Notes: generated from the letters alone by a model not told the origin. DNA of 64,000 nt from Thermoplasmata archaeon (GCA_046704665.1 JBJKRJ010000048.1:28829-92828); one strand, 5' to 3'. Counted from the first letter of the stretch, positions 37,355-47,324 are shown. Numbers and translations are program-made.

Positions 37355-38793
37355 CTCCGGGCCGGCACGCCCCCCGATCGACGCGGAAGGACGCCGGACC
37401 TCCTACCGGCGGGACCGTCGCGAAACCGGACCCGGGCGACGGGGATATCGGGACCGGCCGGCTCGGGACGCCGGTGCCCCTCGTGCCGTCCGAGCCTCCC
37501 GCGGCCGCGACGGCGCCCTCCCTTCGAAAGGCGATCCGTACCCGCCACGCGGTGGCGCTCTACGTGAGCTCGGTGCTGGGCTCGGGGGTCCTCGTGCTCC
37601 CCGGCCTCGCCGCCCAGATCGCAGGGCCGGGTTCCCTCATCGCCTGGGCGCTCCTCGGGGTGGCGAGCCTGCCGTTCGCGCTCACGTTCGCCACGCTCTC
37701 GGCCCGGCGGCCGGAATCCGGCGGGGTCTACGGCTTCGCCAAGGAGGCGTTCGGACCCGGAGCGGCGCTCGTGACCGGGTGGCTCTTCGCGCTGTGGCTC
37801 TTCACCGGGGCGCCGGCCGTCGCGCTGATCGCCGCCTCGTACCTCGGGTACGCCTTCCCGCTCAACCGACCCGAGACGTTCCTCTTCGGGTTCGGGATCG
37901 TCGGGGCGGCGTTCCTCATCAATTACCGAGGGATCACGATCAGCACCCGGGTCCAGCTCGCCGTCATCGCCTCGATCGTCGCCCTCCTGGTCGTCACGGT
38001 CGCGCTCTCCGGGGCCCGGGTCCGGCCCGGGAACTTCACCCCGTTCCTCCCGTTCGGTCTCGTGCCCGTCGGGACGGCCGCCGCGTTGATCTTCTGGTCG
38101 TTTCTCGGCTACGAGAACGTCTCGAACGTCGCCGAGGAGTTCGAGAACCCCGTCCGGGACTTCCCCCGGAGCGTCTACACGAGCGCCGCCCTGGTCGGCT
38201 CCCTCTACTTCGCGGTCGCGTTCGTGACCGTCGGGACCGCCGCCTACACCGCCGGCGGGAGCATTGCGCCGTTCGCCGCGATCCTGGGCAACGTGGTCGG
38301 GCCCTACGGGGCGATGGGAACGGCCGTCCTGGCCGTGTTCATCATCTTCGGGGTCGTGAACGCCTACACGACCGGGATGTCGCGGGTCCTCTGGGTCACC
38401 GCCCGCGACGGCGGCCTTCCTCGCCCGCTCACGCACCTCGATCCGAGGACCCGGGTCCCCGACCGGGTGCTCCTGATGATGTTCGGGGGGGTCGCGACGG
38501 TCCTGCTGGCCTACTACATCGCCGACGTCAGTCTGGCGACCGCGCTCCTGGTCGCGAGCGGTGCGGCGATCGCGGTCTACGTGGTCGGGAGCGCCGCGGG
38601 GATCCGCCTCCGCCCCACGCTGGGCGCCGCCGGACGCTCCGCCCGCTGGCTCGCGGTCGTGTCGCTCGGGATTTCGCTGGCCGTCGCGCCGTTCATCGGA
38701 CGGCCGCTCCTCGTGAGCGTCGGCGTGATCGCCGCCGCCGTCCTCTATGCGTACGCGCGGCGCCGGATCGTACCGTCCGGGCCCGTACCGTGA
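37351..38793 (+). CDS. APC family amino acid permease (YjeH-like)
   Basis: VLGSGVLVLPG, PESGGVY, FWSFLGYE, AEEF; start uncertain. Confidence 0.85.
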   Translation: MTPGRHAPRSTRKDAGPPTGGTVAKPDPGDGDIGTGRLGTPVPLVPSEPPAAATAPSLRKAIRTRHAVALYVSSVLGSGVLVLPGLAAQIAGPGSLIAWALLGVASLPFALTFATLSARRPESGGVYGFAKEAFGPGAALVTGWLFALWLFTGAPAVALIAASYLGYAFPLNRPETFLFGFGIVGAAFLINYRGITISTRVQLAVIASIVALLVVTVALSGARVRPGNFTPFLPFGLVPVGTAAALIFWSFLGYENVSNVAEEFENPVRDFPRSVYTSAALVGSLYFAVAFVTVGTAAYTAGGSIAPFAAILGNVVGPYGAMGTAVLAVFIIFGVVNAYTTGMSRVLWVTARDGGLPRPLTHLDPRTRVPDRVLLMMFGGVATVLLAYYIADVSLATALLVASGAAIAVYVVGSAAGIRLRPTLGAAGRSARWLAVVSLGISLAVAPFIGRPLLVSVGVIAAAVLYAYARRRIVPSGPVP

Positions 38794-38826
38794 GACGGTC
38801 CGGTCGGGACCCACGCGGCCCGGTGC

Positions 38827-39513
38827 TCATCCCGAAGGCGGCGGTGCCGAGTAGTGGACGAACGGACCCTCCAGGTACTCGAGCACCTTCTCCTGGCCGT
38901 ACTGCCGGCCCAGGTCGTACGCGGTTCGGAGGGCCGCCGCGCCCTCGTCGGGGGACGGCGAGGGGAGGGTCGCCGTCGAGGTCGTGACCGGCCGCGCGTG
39001 CCGGTCGATGCAGACGAGGACCGCCTCGAACTTCGGGAAGGCGAGCTGGAAGAGCCGGACCTGGAGCGCGACGTCCGGCGGCGGGGGGATCGCCCGGTAG
39101 CTCTTCATCTCGAAGAACCGGGCCCGTCCGTCCCAGTAGTCCGGCTGGGCGTAGACCGCGACCTCGCCGCCGATCACGATGACCCGTGTCTTCGGACGGG
39201 CGAGACCGAAGATGGGGCTCGTGCGGTACGCCTGGAGCACCTCCTCCATCTGGACCCGGATCCTCTGACGCGTCTCCCCCTCGACCGCGACGGCCTCCTC
39301 CTCGAGCGCCTCGTCCAGGAGCTCTTCGGCCCGGCGCCGCATCGACATGGCGGTCGGACGACGTCCCGTCCGGACCTCGTGACCGAACTGCGCCAGGGAG
39401 CCGTCGATCGCGCGTCCCACGGCGATCGCGACATGGTCCTCCTCGCGCGGCGGAGGTCTCGGGTAGGTATGCTGGACGATCTCGTGCACCGGGATCGTTC
39501 GGATCGTCGTCAT
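38827..39513 (-). CDS. PD-(D/E)XK nuclease-like protein
   Basis: YAQPD-x9-EMKSY followed by LQVRLF helix. Confidence 0.6.
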   Translation of the reverse strand: MTTIRTIPVHEIVQHTYPRPPPREEDHVAIAVGRAIDGSLAQFGHEVRTGRRPTAMSMRRRAEELLDEALEEEAVAVEGETRQRIRVQMEEVLQAYRTSPIFGLARPKTRVIVIGGEVAVYAQPDYWDGRARFFEMKSYRAIPPPPDVALQVRLFQLAFPKFEAVLVCIDRHARPVTTSTATLPSPSPDEGAAALRTAYDLGRQYGQEKVLEYLEGPFVHYSAPPPSG

Positions 39514-39647
39514 CGTGGCTCCCCCCGTCCGTCAGGGCGGAGGAAGTAACCCAGAGGTTATCGACGGAAAAGTCTTCCCGGTTCGACGTCCTCCCCAAGT
39601 ACTCCCGCGCTCCCGCTAGCGCCCCGACGAGGAGGGACGCATCGACC

Positions 39648-40070
39648 ATGGGCTGGTTCCGGGATATCGTGCGGCGAGAGCCTTCTCCCCCGCCCGAGGC
39701 GGATCGGAAGGTCGAGCCGGCCGCCCCGCGCCGGCGAGCCCCCGGACCCGAACGTCTCGCGGCGGTCAACTTCGAACGGTACCTGCGGGAGCACCCTCGG
39801 GTCGTGGTCGATGTCTGGGCTCCCTGGTGCGTCCCCTGCCGGGCGTTCGCCCCGACCTTCGCCGCCGCGGCCGCCGAGTGGGGGGAGTGGGTCGGGTTCG
39901 GCAAGGTGCACGCCGACCACGAGCCGAGCTTCGTCTCCCGATTCGGCATCCGTTCGATCCCGTCGCTGCTCTTCTTCCGCGACGGCGAGCTCGTTCGGAC
40001 CGAGACCGGGGTGATCTCGCCGGACCGTCTGGCAAAGCTCCTTCACAAGATCTTCCGCGACCTTCCCTGA
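39648..40070 (+). CDS. Thioredoxin family protein
   Basis: WAPWCVPC, GIRSIPSL. Confidence 0.88.
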   Translation: MGWFRDIVRREPSPPPEADRKVEPAAPRRRAPGPERLAAVNFERYLREHPRVVVDVWAPWCVPCRAFAPTFAAAAAEWGEWVGFGKVHADHEPSFVSRFGIRSIPSLLFFRDGELVRTETGVISPDRLAKLLHKIFRDLP

Positions 40071-40194
40071 GGGAACCCTCGCTCGTCCCCGGGCCCGGTT
40101 CCGTCACCGATGCGGGCGGCGCCGTACGGGGCAGGCGATCTCGCCCAGCGACTCCGCGGCCGGGCGACCGGGCCCGGGGTCCGAGGACCCGTCC

Positions 40195-40719
40195 TCACTG
40201 CGCGCGACGCGACGCGATCGCCGCCAGGAGCGCCACGGCCACGAACCCAAAGACAAGGTGCGCCCCGAGGGAGAGGAAGAGCGGAGGACCGGGGCCCGAT
40301 GCGCTCCGCGTGCCGGGGGAGAGCGCAAGCACCCCGGCCCAGAGCACGAGACCGACGGGCAGCCCGATCGCCGCTCCCGTGACGCTCCACGGCCGCGCCG
40401 GTCGGAGGTGCGGAACGAACCCACCGAGGACCGCCCCGATCAGGGCACCATGCACCAGGTGCAGGGGGACACCGGCCAGGCCGAGAAAGCTCCCCGCCGA
40501 GCCCCCGAACGCGAGCTCGATCCCGGGGCGCCAGGAATCTCCCGGCACCCCTGTGAGAAGAAGGTCGACCGCGCCGAGCGCGTACATGGCTGCGGTCGCG
40601 ACCAGCCCGGCGAGGGTGCCCACGGCCACGCCGAACGACGCGCTCAGGAAGGACCGATCCGCGTCGGGGCGGCGCACCCTCGGGTCTTCCGGTAGTCCCA
40701 GAAGCGATCGTAGATCCAC
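40195..40719 (-). CDS. Membrane protein of unknown function
   Basis: About 4 TM helices, two with His (HLVHG, AHLVFG). Confidence 0.55.
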   Translation of the reverse strand: MDLRSLLGLPEDPRVRRPDADRSFLSASFGVAVGTLAGLVATAAMYALGAVDLLLTGVPGDSWRPGIELAFGGSAGSFLGLAGVPLHLVHGALIGAVLGGFVPHLRPARPWSVTGAAIGLPVGLVLWAGVLALSPGTRSASGPGPPLFLSLGAHLVFGFVAVALLAAIASRRAQ

Positions 40720-41024
40720 CAGAGCCCGTGCTCGATGGCGGGGACCTTGGCGACCCGCTCCCCCTGGGGGCCCAGGGCGAGCGCGACCAAGGGGGTCATG
40801 ATCGCGGAGCCGGACCGTCGTCCTCGCGCATCGACCAGGTGCGCGAACGCGAATCGCCTCTCCTCGTCGAGATCGGCCAGCACCCGGCGCGCCTCCTCGC
40901 CGTCATACGGCAGGGAGCGGAGCCGGGAGCGACTCGCCCACTGGCTGACCCGGGCGAAGAACGTACACGGCCCGCAGCCCGCGTCGTAGAAGAGCCGGGC
41001 CGTGGCCGGGGCTCCTTCGACCAT
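40644..41024 (-). CDS. DCC1/DUF393 thiol-disulfide oxidoreductase-like protein
   Basis: LFYDAGCGPC (DxxCxxC). Confidence 0.75.
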   Translation of the reverse strand: MVEGAPATARLFYDAGCGPCTFFARVSQWASRSRLRSLPYDGEEARRVLADLDEERRFAFAHLVDARGRRSGSAIMTPLVALALGPQGERVAKVPAIEHGLWWIYDRFWDYRKTRGCAAPTRIGPS

Positions 41025-41130
41025 ACGCACGGATGAGAAGGGCCGAGCCCAAGATAACGGAAACTGTCGGGCCCCGGACCCACCACCGGGAGGGACCGGC
41101 ACGATGCGGGGGGCGATGCCGGTGCCGCCC

Positions 41131-42228
41131 CTAGTGGATCACCGCCGCGATCGCGAGGCCGATCGCATAGGTCAGCCCGGCCGAACCGAGCCCGATAAGG
41201 ACCATCTCGAGACCCCCCCGGGTGAGCGAGGTCAGGGTCGACATCGAGCGGAAGACCCCGGTCGCAAAGAGCGCGACGCCACTCGCGAGGACCGCCGCGA
41301 GGAGCGCCGGGACGTTCGCGGCTACGAAGAACGGGAGGATCGGCACGAACCCGGCGAACAGGAACGCCACGCCGGTGATCAGTCCGAGCCGCACGGGACT
41401 CGATGCCTCCGTCTCCTCCCCGAGACCGTGTCGCTCGGAGAGCAGGGCCCGGGTGAACTGCTCGTCGTCCCGGGAGAGCCGGTCGACGACGCGCGCGGCC
41501 TCGTCGGGGGTGAACCCGCGTTTCTGGTACGCCTCCCGGAGCTGACGGACCTTCGCCTCCCGGTCGACGCCCAGGCTCACCTTCTCCTGACGGCGGAGGC
41601 CGGCGTACATCTCGGCCTCGGCCTTGACCGAGACATAGTTCGCGGCGGCCATCGAGATCGCACCTGCGACGAGCGCCGCCGCGCCGGCGATCAGTACCTC
41701 GACGTTCGAGCTCGTGGCGGCGGCCACCCCCGCCGAGAGCGCGAGCAGGCTCGCGATCCCGTCGTTCGCCCCGAGGACCGCGCTGCGGAGCGTACTGCCC
41801 TCGCGGGCGGCATCGCGGGCCTCTCCCAGGGTGTCGATCTCATGGGAGAGCTCGTCGGGCATGATCCGCCGGAACACCTCGGCCGCGGCCGGATCCTTCC
41901 AAGCGGCCGCCTGGGCCTCGTACTTGCGGATCCCGTCGACCTCGTCCCGATGGACGGCCGAGAGGACGCTCCCGACCCCGAGGAGCCTGCCGAGACCCGC
42001 GAAGACCCGGTGCTTGACGAGCGACCGGGCGTCCGGAAGCGGGACACCCCGCGCGCGAAGCAGGCCCGCCCACGCCTCGGCGTGATGTCGCTCGTACTCC
42101 GCGAGCCCGAGGAGGAGCCGCCGTCGGTCCTCGTTCGCGTCCAGCGCCGCGAGACGGCGATAGAGCCGCTCGGCCGAAACCTCCTCGACGTAGTTCCCTC
42201 GGATGCCCTCGATCATGGGGTCGGTCAT
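41131..42228 (-). CDS. VIT1/CCC1 transporter with N-terminal ferritin/rubrerythrin-like domain
   Basis: ERHHAEAW, DELSH; VLGANDG, AGAISMAAANYVSV. Confidence 0.88.
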   Translation of the reverse strand: MTDPMIEGIRGNYVEEVSAERLYRRLAALDANEDRRRLLLGLAEYERHHAEAWAGLLRARGVPLPDARSLVKHRVFAGLGRLLGVGSVLSAVHRDEVDGIRKYEAQAAAWKDPAAAEVFRRIMPDELSHEIDTLGEARDAAREGSTLRSAVLGANDGIASLLALSAGVAAATSSNVEVLIAGAAALVAGAISMAAANYVSVKAEAEMYAGLRRQEKVSLGVDREAKVRQLREAYQKRGFTPDEAARVVDRLSRDDEQFTRALLSERHGLGEETEASSPVRLGLITGVAFLFAGFVPILPFFVAANVPALLAAVLASGVALFATGVFRSMSTLTSLTRGGLEMVLIGLGSAGLTYAIGLAIAAVIH

Positions 42229-42379
42229 GCGCGGCCTCGTTCGCGGATCGGGCCGGTCGGTCGTCGCGGGCCATCGCCCGTGGCCTCCCGACCCTCGCTC
42301 CGTGCGATCCGCGTCGAACGAGTGGGTTCGGCCGCGGAGATCGCTCGGTCCGGATAAGCTCTCGGGCGATCGGCCGTTC

Positions 42380-43594
42380 TTAGACGACCGCGATGACGCC
42401 GCAGAGCACCACCGAGGCGAGGCTCGCCCAGTAGGCGGTCTTCCACCATCCCCGGGACGCGTGCTCTCCCATGAGCTTGCGGTTCGACGCGATCCATCCG
42501 ACCAGTACGCCCGGACCGATGAGGATGAAGACGAGGGCTACCATCATCAGCAGGACCAGGGTGAGCGGGTGGGGGTAGACGAACGGCACGATGACCGCCG
42601 GGAGGCCCTCCGCGACGTAGATCCAGAACGCGCGATCGCGCGGAAGGCCGAGCGCCTCGACCACCCCCCACGCGCTCCCGAGCGAGATGACCACGAGGGC
42701 GAGGAAGGCGGCCGCGACGAGCCCCACCGCGAAGGCGTAGGGGAGGAGCGCTCCCCCGACCGCCGAGAGGGCCGAGGCGACCCCGCTCGACGTGAAGAGA
42801 TCGGCGGAGGAGGGCATACCGGCGCCGAGCATCAGGAACGCGACCATCAGCACCTCGCTCGTGATCGCGCCGATCATCGTCTCCCAGCGGACCCCCCGGA
42901 CCGTCGAGCCGGGCTTCTCGGCCGTGGCCGAGGACTGGAAGAACAGCATGAACGGCATCACGACCGCCCCGGCGTTGGCGGCGAGGAGGAAGAGGAAGGC
43001 CGGGCTCGCCGAGAAGTAGACGGGAGTGTACGGGAGGACCCCCCGCATCATGAGGGCCGAGCCGACCGTCAGGACGAAGACGCCCGAGACGGCGAGGAGG
43101 ATCCGCTCGGCCCAGACGTACTTCCCGCGGGCGATCAGGCCGATCTGGAACAGGAAGGCGCACGGGAGAGAGAGGTAGAGCGGAACCCCGAAGATGCCCA
43201 GCGCGAGACCGATCGCCGCGTACTCGGCGATGTAGCTCGCCACGTCGGCCACGGCGACCGGCAGCGAGACCGCGAGGCTCATCCGTCGGGACTGCGTCTC
43301 GCGCACCAGTTCTCCGAGCCCTTTTCCGGTGACCGCCCCGATGCGCCCGGCCGCCTCCTGCACGAAGTAGAGGGGGACGATCAGCAGGAGGAGGAACCAG
43401 ATCAGGTCGTAGCGATAGGCTGCGCCGGACTCGAGGCCGGTCAGGATGCTCGCGGCATCGACGTCCGCGATCATGACGAGCCAGGCCGGACCCCACGCCT
43501 GTAACCATCCGGGAAGAAGCCGACGCAAGCGGCCGGTCGGCCGCTCGAACGCCTTGTCCGGACAGCCCAGGCTCACCTCCCGTGTCGCCGGCAT
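42380..43594 (-). CDS. Nramp-related divalent metal transporter
   Basis: GPAWLVMIADVDAAS, QEAAGRIGAVTGKGLGE, GAVVMPFMLFFQSS. Confidence 0.85.
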   Translation of the reverse strand: MPATREVSLGCPDKAFERPTGRLRRLLPGWLQAWGPAWLVMIADVDAASILTGLESGAAYRYDLIWFLLLLIVPLYFVQEAAGRIGAVTGKGLGELVRETQSRRMSLAVSLPVAVADVASYIAEYAAIGLALGIFGVPLYLSLPCAFLFQIGLIARGKYVWAERILLAVSGVFVLTVGSALMMRGVLPYTPVYFSASPAFLFLLAANAGAVVMPFMLFFQSSATAEKPGSTVRGVRWETMIGAITSEVLMVAFLMLGAGMPSSADLFTSSGVASALSAVGGALLPYAFAVGLVAAAFLALVVISLGSAWGVVEALGLPRDRAFWIYVAEGLPAVIVPFVYPHPLTLVLLMMVALVFILIGPGVLVGWIASNRKLMGEHASRGWWKTAYWASLASVVLCGVIAVV

Positions 43595-43880
43595 CGATCG
43601 ATCGGTCTCCCCTCCGAAAGCTCTCGAACGGAATTCTCGATCCGGCCAGATAAGTGCCTCGTTTGTGAAAGTTGACCACGACTGTTCACACTGTGACCAC
43701 GGCGAGTCCTCGCCGTGCTCAACGCCCTGCGCCGGTCCGAGGGGGGCCGTTCACGGCCGAGAATGCATCTCCCCCGAAGTGAGGTGGAAACCGGAGGACC
43801 GTCGGGACGCATCGGGCGTATCGGGATCCGTGGGTCCAAGCCGTCCGCCCGGGATCGGCAGGCGACCCGCCCGGCCCTCT

Positions 43881-44660
43881 TCAGATCGCGTTCACGAGAA
43901 GTCCGACCGCGAAGCCGAGACCGACCCCGACATAGGCAAGCCGTGTGCGGAGCGCGTTCTCCACCGCGTCCGCCCCGGGGCGGAAGACGACCCGGAACAT
44001 GGGGATGATCGCGTAGAGACAGGTCCCGATGGCCAGCGCATCGAAGGCGACCGTGAGATAGCTCGAGGTCCAGTAGAATCCGATCCCCGCCCCCAGGATC
44101 GTCGGGACGCCTCCGAGGAGAAAGTACGCCGAGAAGAGCCCGACCTGTCGCTCCTTCGCTCCCAAGAGGGGTCCGGCGATAGGGAACCCCTCGGTGACGT
44201 TCTGAAGGAAGAACCCGGCGAAGATGACCGCGAGCAGGCCGGAGAGGCCCGCCGCCCAGCTCGCACCGAGGACCATGCCCTCGGTCAGGTTCTGGAATCC
44301 GATGGCCAGGGCGACGATGAGGGCGGTCGAGGTCGCCGAGCGCTCCTCGGCCGCGCGGGAAGACCGGCCCGAGTGCTCAAGGAAGAACAGCGCGAAGAAC
44401 GCCCCGATGACGCCCACGCCGAAGAGAAGGGTGAGCGCCGGGTCGGCGACGAAGTCGCCGTGCGCGTAGAGGATGCCGCTGACGTCTCCCCAGACATCGG
44501 CCAGGACGAAGATCAGGATGCCGATGGCGGCAGCGGTGAGAAGATTCACTAGGCGGAACGTCCGGCTCCTTCGGAGGACGAGGGGAAGAGAGAGGAAGAT
44601 CGCGAGTCCCAGAATCGTCGCGAGCACCAGCAGCTCGACCAACCCGCCGGACGCGGCCAT
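43881..44660 (-). CDS. ZIP family metal transporter
   Basis: About 8 TM helices; GFQNLTEG and LQNVTEG. Confidence 0.8.
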   Translation of the reverse strand: MAASGGLVELLVLATILGLAIFLSLPLVLRRSRTFRLVNLLTAAAIGILIFVLADVWGDVSGILYAHGDFVADPALTLLFGVGVIGAFFALFFLEHSGRSSRAAEERSATSTALIVALAIGFQNLTEGMVLGASWAAGLSGLLAVIFAGFFLQNVTEGFPIAGPLLGAKERQVGLFSAYFLLGGVPTILGAGIGFYWTSSYLTVAFDALAIGTCLYAIIPMFRVVFRPGADAVENALRTRLAYVGVGLGFAVGLLVNAI

Positions 44661-44782
44661 GCCGACCCCTTGCCGATTTACGCAGGAGAAGGTGAGTATT
44701 TAGATGATGCGCGCGTGACGTGGCCACTCTTATGTTCACAGAGTGAATTTGCCTACCCGGCCGGGGGGTTCACGACACGACC

Positions 44783-45547
44783 ATGTCGAACCCGCGCACC
44801 GCGTCGATCGCCTGGGTGCATCTCGTGCAGGCCCTGGTGGCGCGAGAAGGTGTGGAGCAGCTCGGGCTCTCCTCCCGTCGGGTCGCCGACCTCCTCGGGC
44901 TCGCTCCTTCGGCGGTCTCGCAGTACCTGTCCGGCAAGCGCGTCGAAAAGGGGTTCCTCGAGTACTCGTCGGACGAGCGCGCCCGTTCGATCGCCCGGCG
45001 GACGATCGAGGAGCTGATCGAGGCGCAAGAGGCCGGTCGGGGGGCGACCCGGCCCGTGCTCGAGGGCGCGTCGGCCCTCTCCGAGCTCTCGGAATCGGCC
45101 GGGGGCCACGAACGCCTCCCCAAACGTCCCACCGACACGACCGAGGGCCCCCAGCTGCGCGAGCTGGCCCGGTGGCTGCGCGAGCGGGTAAAGGCCGAGC
45201 AGGTCGCGGTGACCCAGTGTATGCGGCTCGCCCAGCGAGCACGGGACGAGCTGACGCGCGCGCTGCTCCGGCAGATCGCCTCCGACAGCCTCCGGCACGC
45301 CGAGATCGTCGCGTCGCTCGCCCCGTACATCGATCGGGGAGTATCGGGAGCGTACGCCTCGGGGATCACGCGCAAGGAGATCGAGGCGCTGATCGAAGGC
45401 GAGCGCCGGGCCGAAGCCCAGGCGGACTCGGCTTCGGCGCACCGCCTCCAAGGGACCATGGCGATCCTCATCGCGAGCATGGAGGCCGACGAGCGGAAGC
45501 ATGCCGAGCTGCTCCGGGGCCTCCTGAACTCGGGGTTCCGACCCTAG
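44783..45547 (+). CDS. HTH regulator fused to a ferritin-like (diiron) domain
   Basis: VADLLGLAPSAVSQYLSGKR; then KAEQ...DSLRH...EGE...DERKH. Confidence 0.72.
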   Translation: MSNPRTASIAWVHLVQALVAREGVEQLGLSSRRVADLLGLAPSAVSQYLSGKRVEKGFLEYSSDERARSIARRTIEELIEAQEAGRGATRPVLEGASALSELSESAGGHERLPKRPTDTTEGPQLRELARWLRERVKAEQVAVTQCMRLAQRARDELTRALLRQIASDSLRHAEIVASLAPYIDRGVSGAYASGITRKEIEALIEGERRAEAQADSASAHRLQGTMAILIASMEADERKHAELLRGLLNSGFRP

Positions 45548-45883
45548 CACGCCCTACGTCGCCGGCGCAAGAGCCCTCGACCGACACCGAAGATCGGCGG
45601 CTCTCGTTGGTTCCACCACCGACACGACCATCAACGACCTTGTGCTCTCGTAGACTATGGACCACCGGCTCGGTCCGGTCCGATCGCTGCCGTGCGGCCC
45701 CCTCGATCCCGGAAGCCCCGCGACCCGATCTTCCGCTGCGGAACTCGGCCCGGGACGCCCTCGCTCGAGCTGTCGGGAGGCGGAACGCGGACGGGCTACC
45801 CCGTGCCACTCGGGTCGGAGACGGCGGTGGGGACTCGGCACCGCCCGCGGACCGGATCCAGGGAGAACGGTCGGAGGGAATGC

Positions 45884-46393
45884 ATGACGCGGGCGCGCGT
45901 CCTGCGGATCAACCGATTCACCGTCATGGCGATGCTCCAAGCGGCGCGAGCCCGTCATCTCGGCCTTCCCGAGGAGTCGGCGTTCTCCTGGGGGCTCAAC
46001 CGGTCGATCTTCTACGCCGCCGCAAAGCGGGGGTTCCGGGGCGCCAGCGGTTCCCCGAAGACCGGAGAGGTCGCGGGCCACGCCGAGGGGAGAGCGAGCT
46101 ATTCGCTCGGCGACGAGATCGCCTACCGGGATCCCGCGAGCTCCGCGCTCGCCTTCACGATCGGAGGCAAGACCCAGACCGCCGCGGAGTTCCGCCGGCA
46201 GATCGCAAGCCGGTTCGGGGAGGAACCGGAGTTTCGCAAGGCGTGGGAGGAGGCGCTCCGCTACGTCACCGGATTCCCCGAGGAGGTCCTGCGCTCGCAA
46301 CACGAGTTCTACTCGGTCGTCTACCGACCCCGAAGGGACGCGTGGGTCCTCGAGTGGACCGGCCGGTACGGCCGGCCTCCACCGGCGCCCTGA
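45884..46393 (+). CDS. Hypothetical protein
   Basis: SD GGAGG; protein-like composition (INRFTVMAMLQAARA...WGLNRSIFYAAAKRGF). Confidence 0.7.
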   Translation: MTRARVLRINRFTVMAMLQAARARHLGLPEESAFSWGLNRSIFYAAAKRGFRGASGSPKTGEVAGHAEGRASYSLGDEIAYRDPASSALAFTIGGKTQTAAEFRRQIASRFGEEPEFRKAWEEALRYVTGFPEEVLRSQHEFYSVVYRPRRDAWVLEWTGRYGRPPPAP

Positions 46394-46432
46394 ACGGGGA
46401 CCCCCGCGGGTCGGGGACGGAGCGGCGGGGGA

Positions 46433-46831
46433 TCAGTCGACCGACGCGACCGCCTCGACCTCGAGCAGGAGCTCGGGGTGGAAGAGGCGCCGGACCTCGA
46501 CCGCCGTGCTGGCGGGTGGATGGTCCGGGTCGATGAACCGATCGCGAACCGCCCGTACCTCCGGTAGGTGGGAGATGTCGAGGACGAAGTACGTGAGCTT
46601 CACGACGTCCCGGAACGTCGCCCCGGCCGACTGGAGCGCGAGGTCGAGGTTCCGGAACACCTGTTCGGACTGGGCCCGGTAGTCCCCGCGGCCCACGACC
46701 TCCCCGGCGGCATCGAGCGCGACCTGGCCCGCGATGAAGACGAGCTTGCCTCCGTGCGCTTCGGCGACGTGGGAATAGGCGCGGGACGGGGCGAGCGTGG
46801 GCGGGTTGTGGACCTTCACCCGACCGCCCAC
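46433..46831 (-). CDS. RidA/YjgF family protein
   Basis: YSHVA, FIAGQV, PPASTAVEV, LLEVEAVA. Confidence 0.88.
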   Translation of the reverse strand: MGGRVKVHNPPTLAPSRAYSHVAEAHGGKLVFIAGQVALDAAGEVVGRGDYRAQSEQVFRNLDLALQSAGATFRDVVKLTYFVLDISHLPEVRAVRDRFIDPDHPPASTAVEVRRLFHPELLLEVEAVASVD

Positions 46832-46850
46832 GTGCCTTTCCCCGCCGCGA

Positions 46851-47249
46851 CTAGAGCCACTCGGCTTCGACCGTGCGTTCGCCGCCGGCATCACCGGTGT
46901 TCACCGTGGACTTCCGCTCGATGAGCATCACCTCGGCCTCCTCGGGGGCGACGGGCATGTGCTCCACGCCCCGCGGAACGACGAAGAACTCGCCCTCGCT
47001 CAGCGGCACCTCCCGGTCCCGAAGTCGGACCGTGAACGCACCGCGGGTGACGAGGAAGAGCTCGTCCTCGGTGTCGTGCCGGTGCCAGAGGAACTCGCCC
47101 TGGAACTTGACGAGCTTGATGTAAAAGTCGTTCACCTCGCCGACGATCCTGGGCGTCCAGTGCTCGGAGAACCGGCCGAACTTCTCGGCGAGGTTCACCT
47201 TGTCGCCCCCGTGGGTCCGTAGGTCGGGCATGCGGCCGGCGGACGTCAC
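46851..47249 (-). CDS. Cupin domain protein
   Basis: GEFLWHRHDTEDELF, VVPRGVEH; start uncertain. Confidence 0.88.
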   Translation of the reverse strand: MTSAGRMPDLRTHGGDKVNLAEKFGRFSEHWTPRIVGEVNDFYIKLVKFQGEFLWHRHDTEDELFLVTRGAFTVRLRDREVPLSEGEFFVVPRGVEHMPVAPEEAEVMLIERKSTVNTGDAGGERTVEAEWL

Positions 47250-47324
47250 GCCCCTGCCATGAAGATGACGGATGCGGACGACGGCGCCCGAAGCGAGCGG
47301 GGGGGCCGCTCCGCCGGGTCGCGG

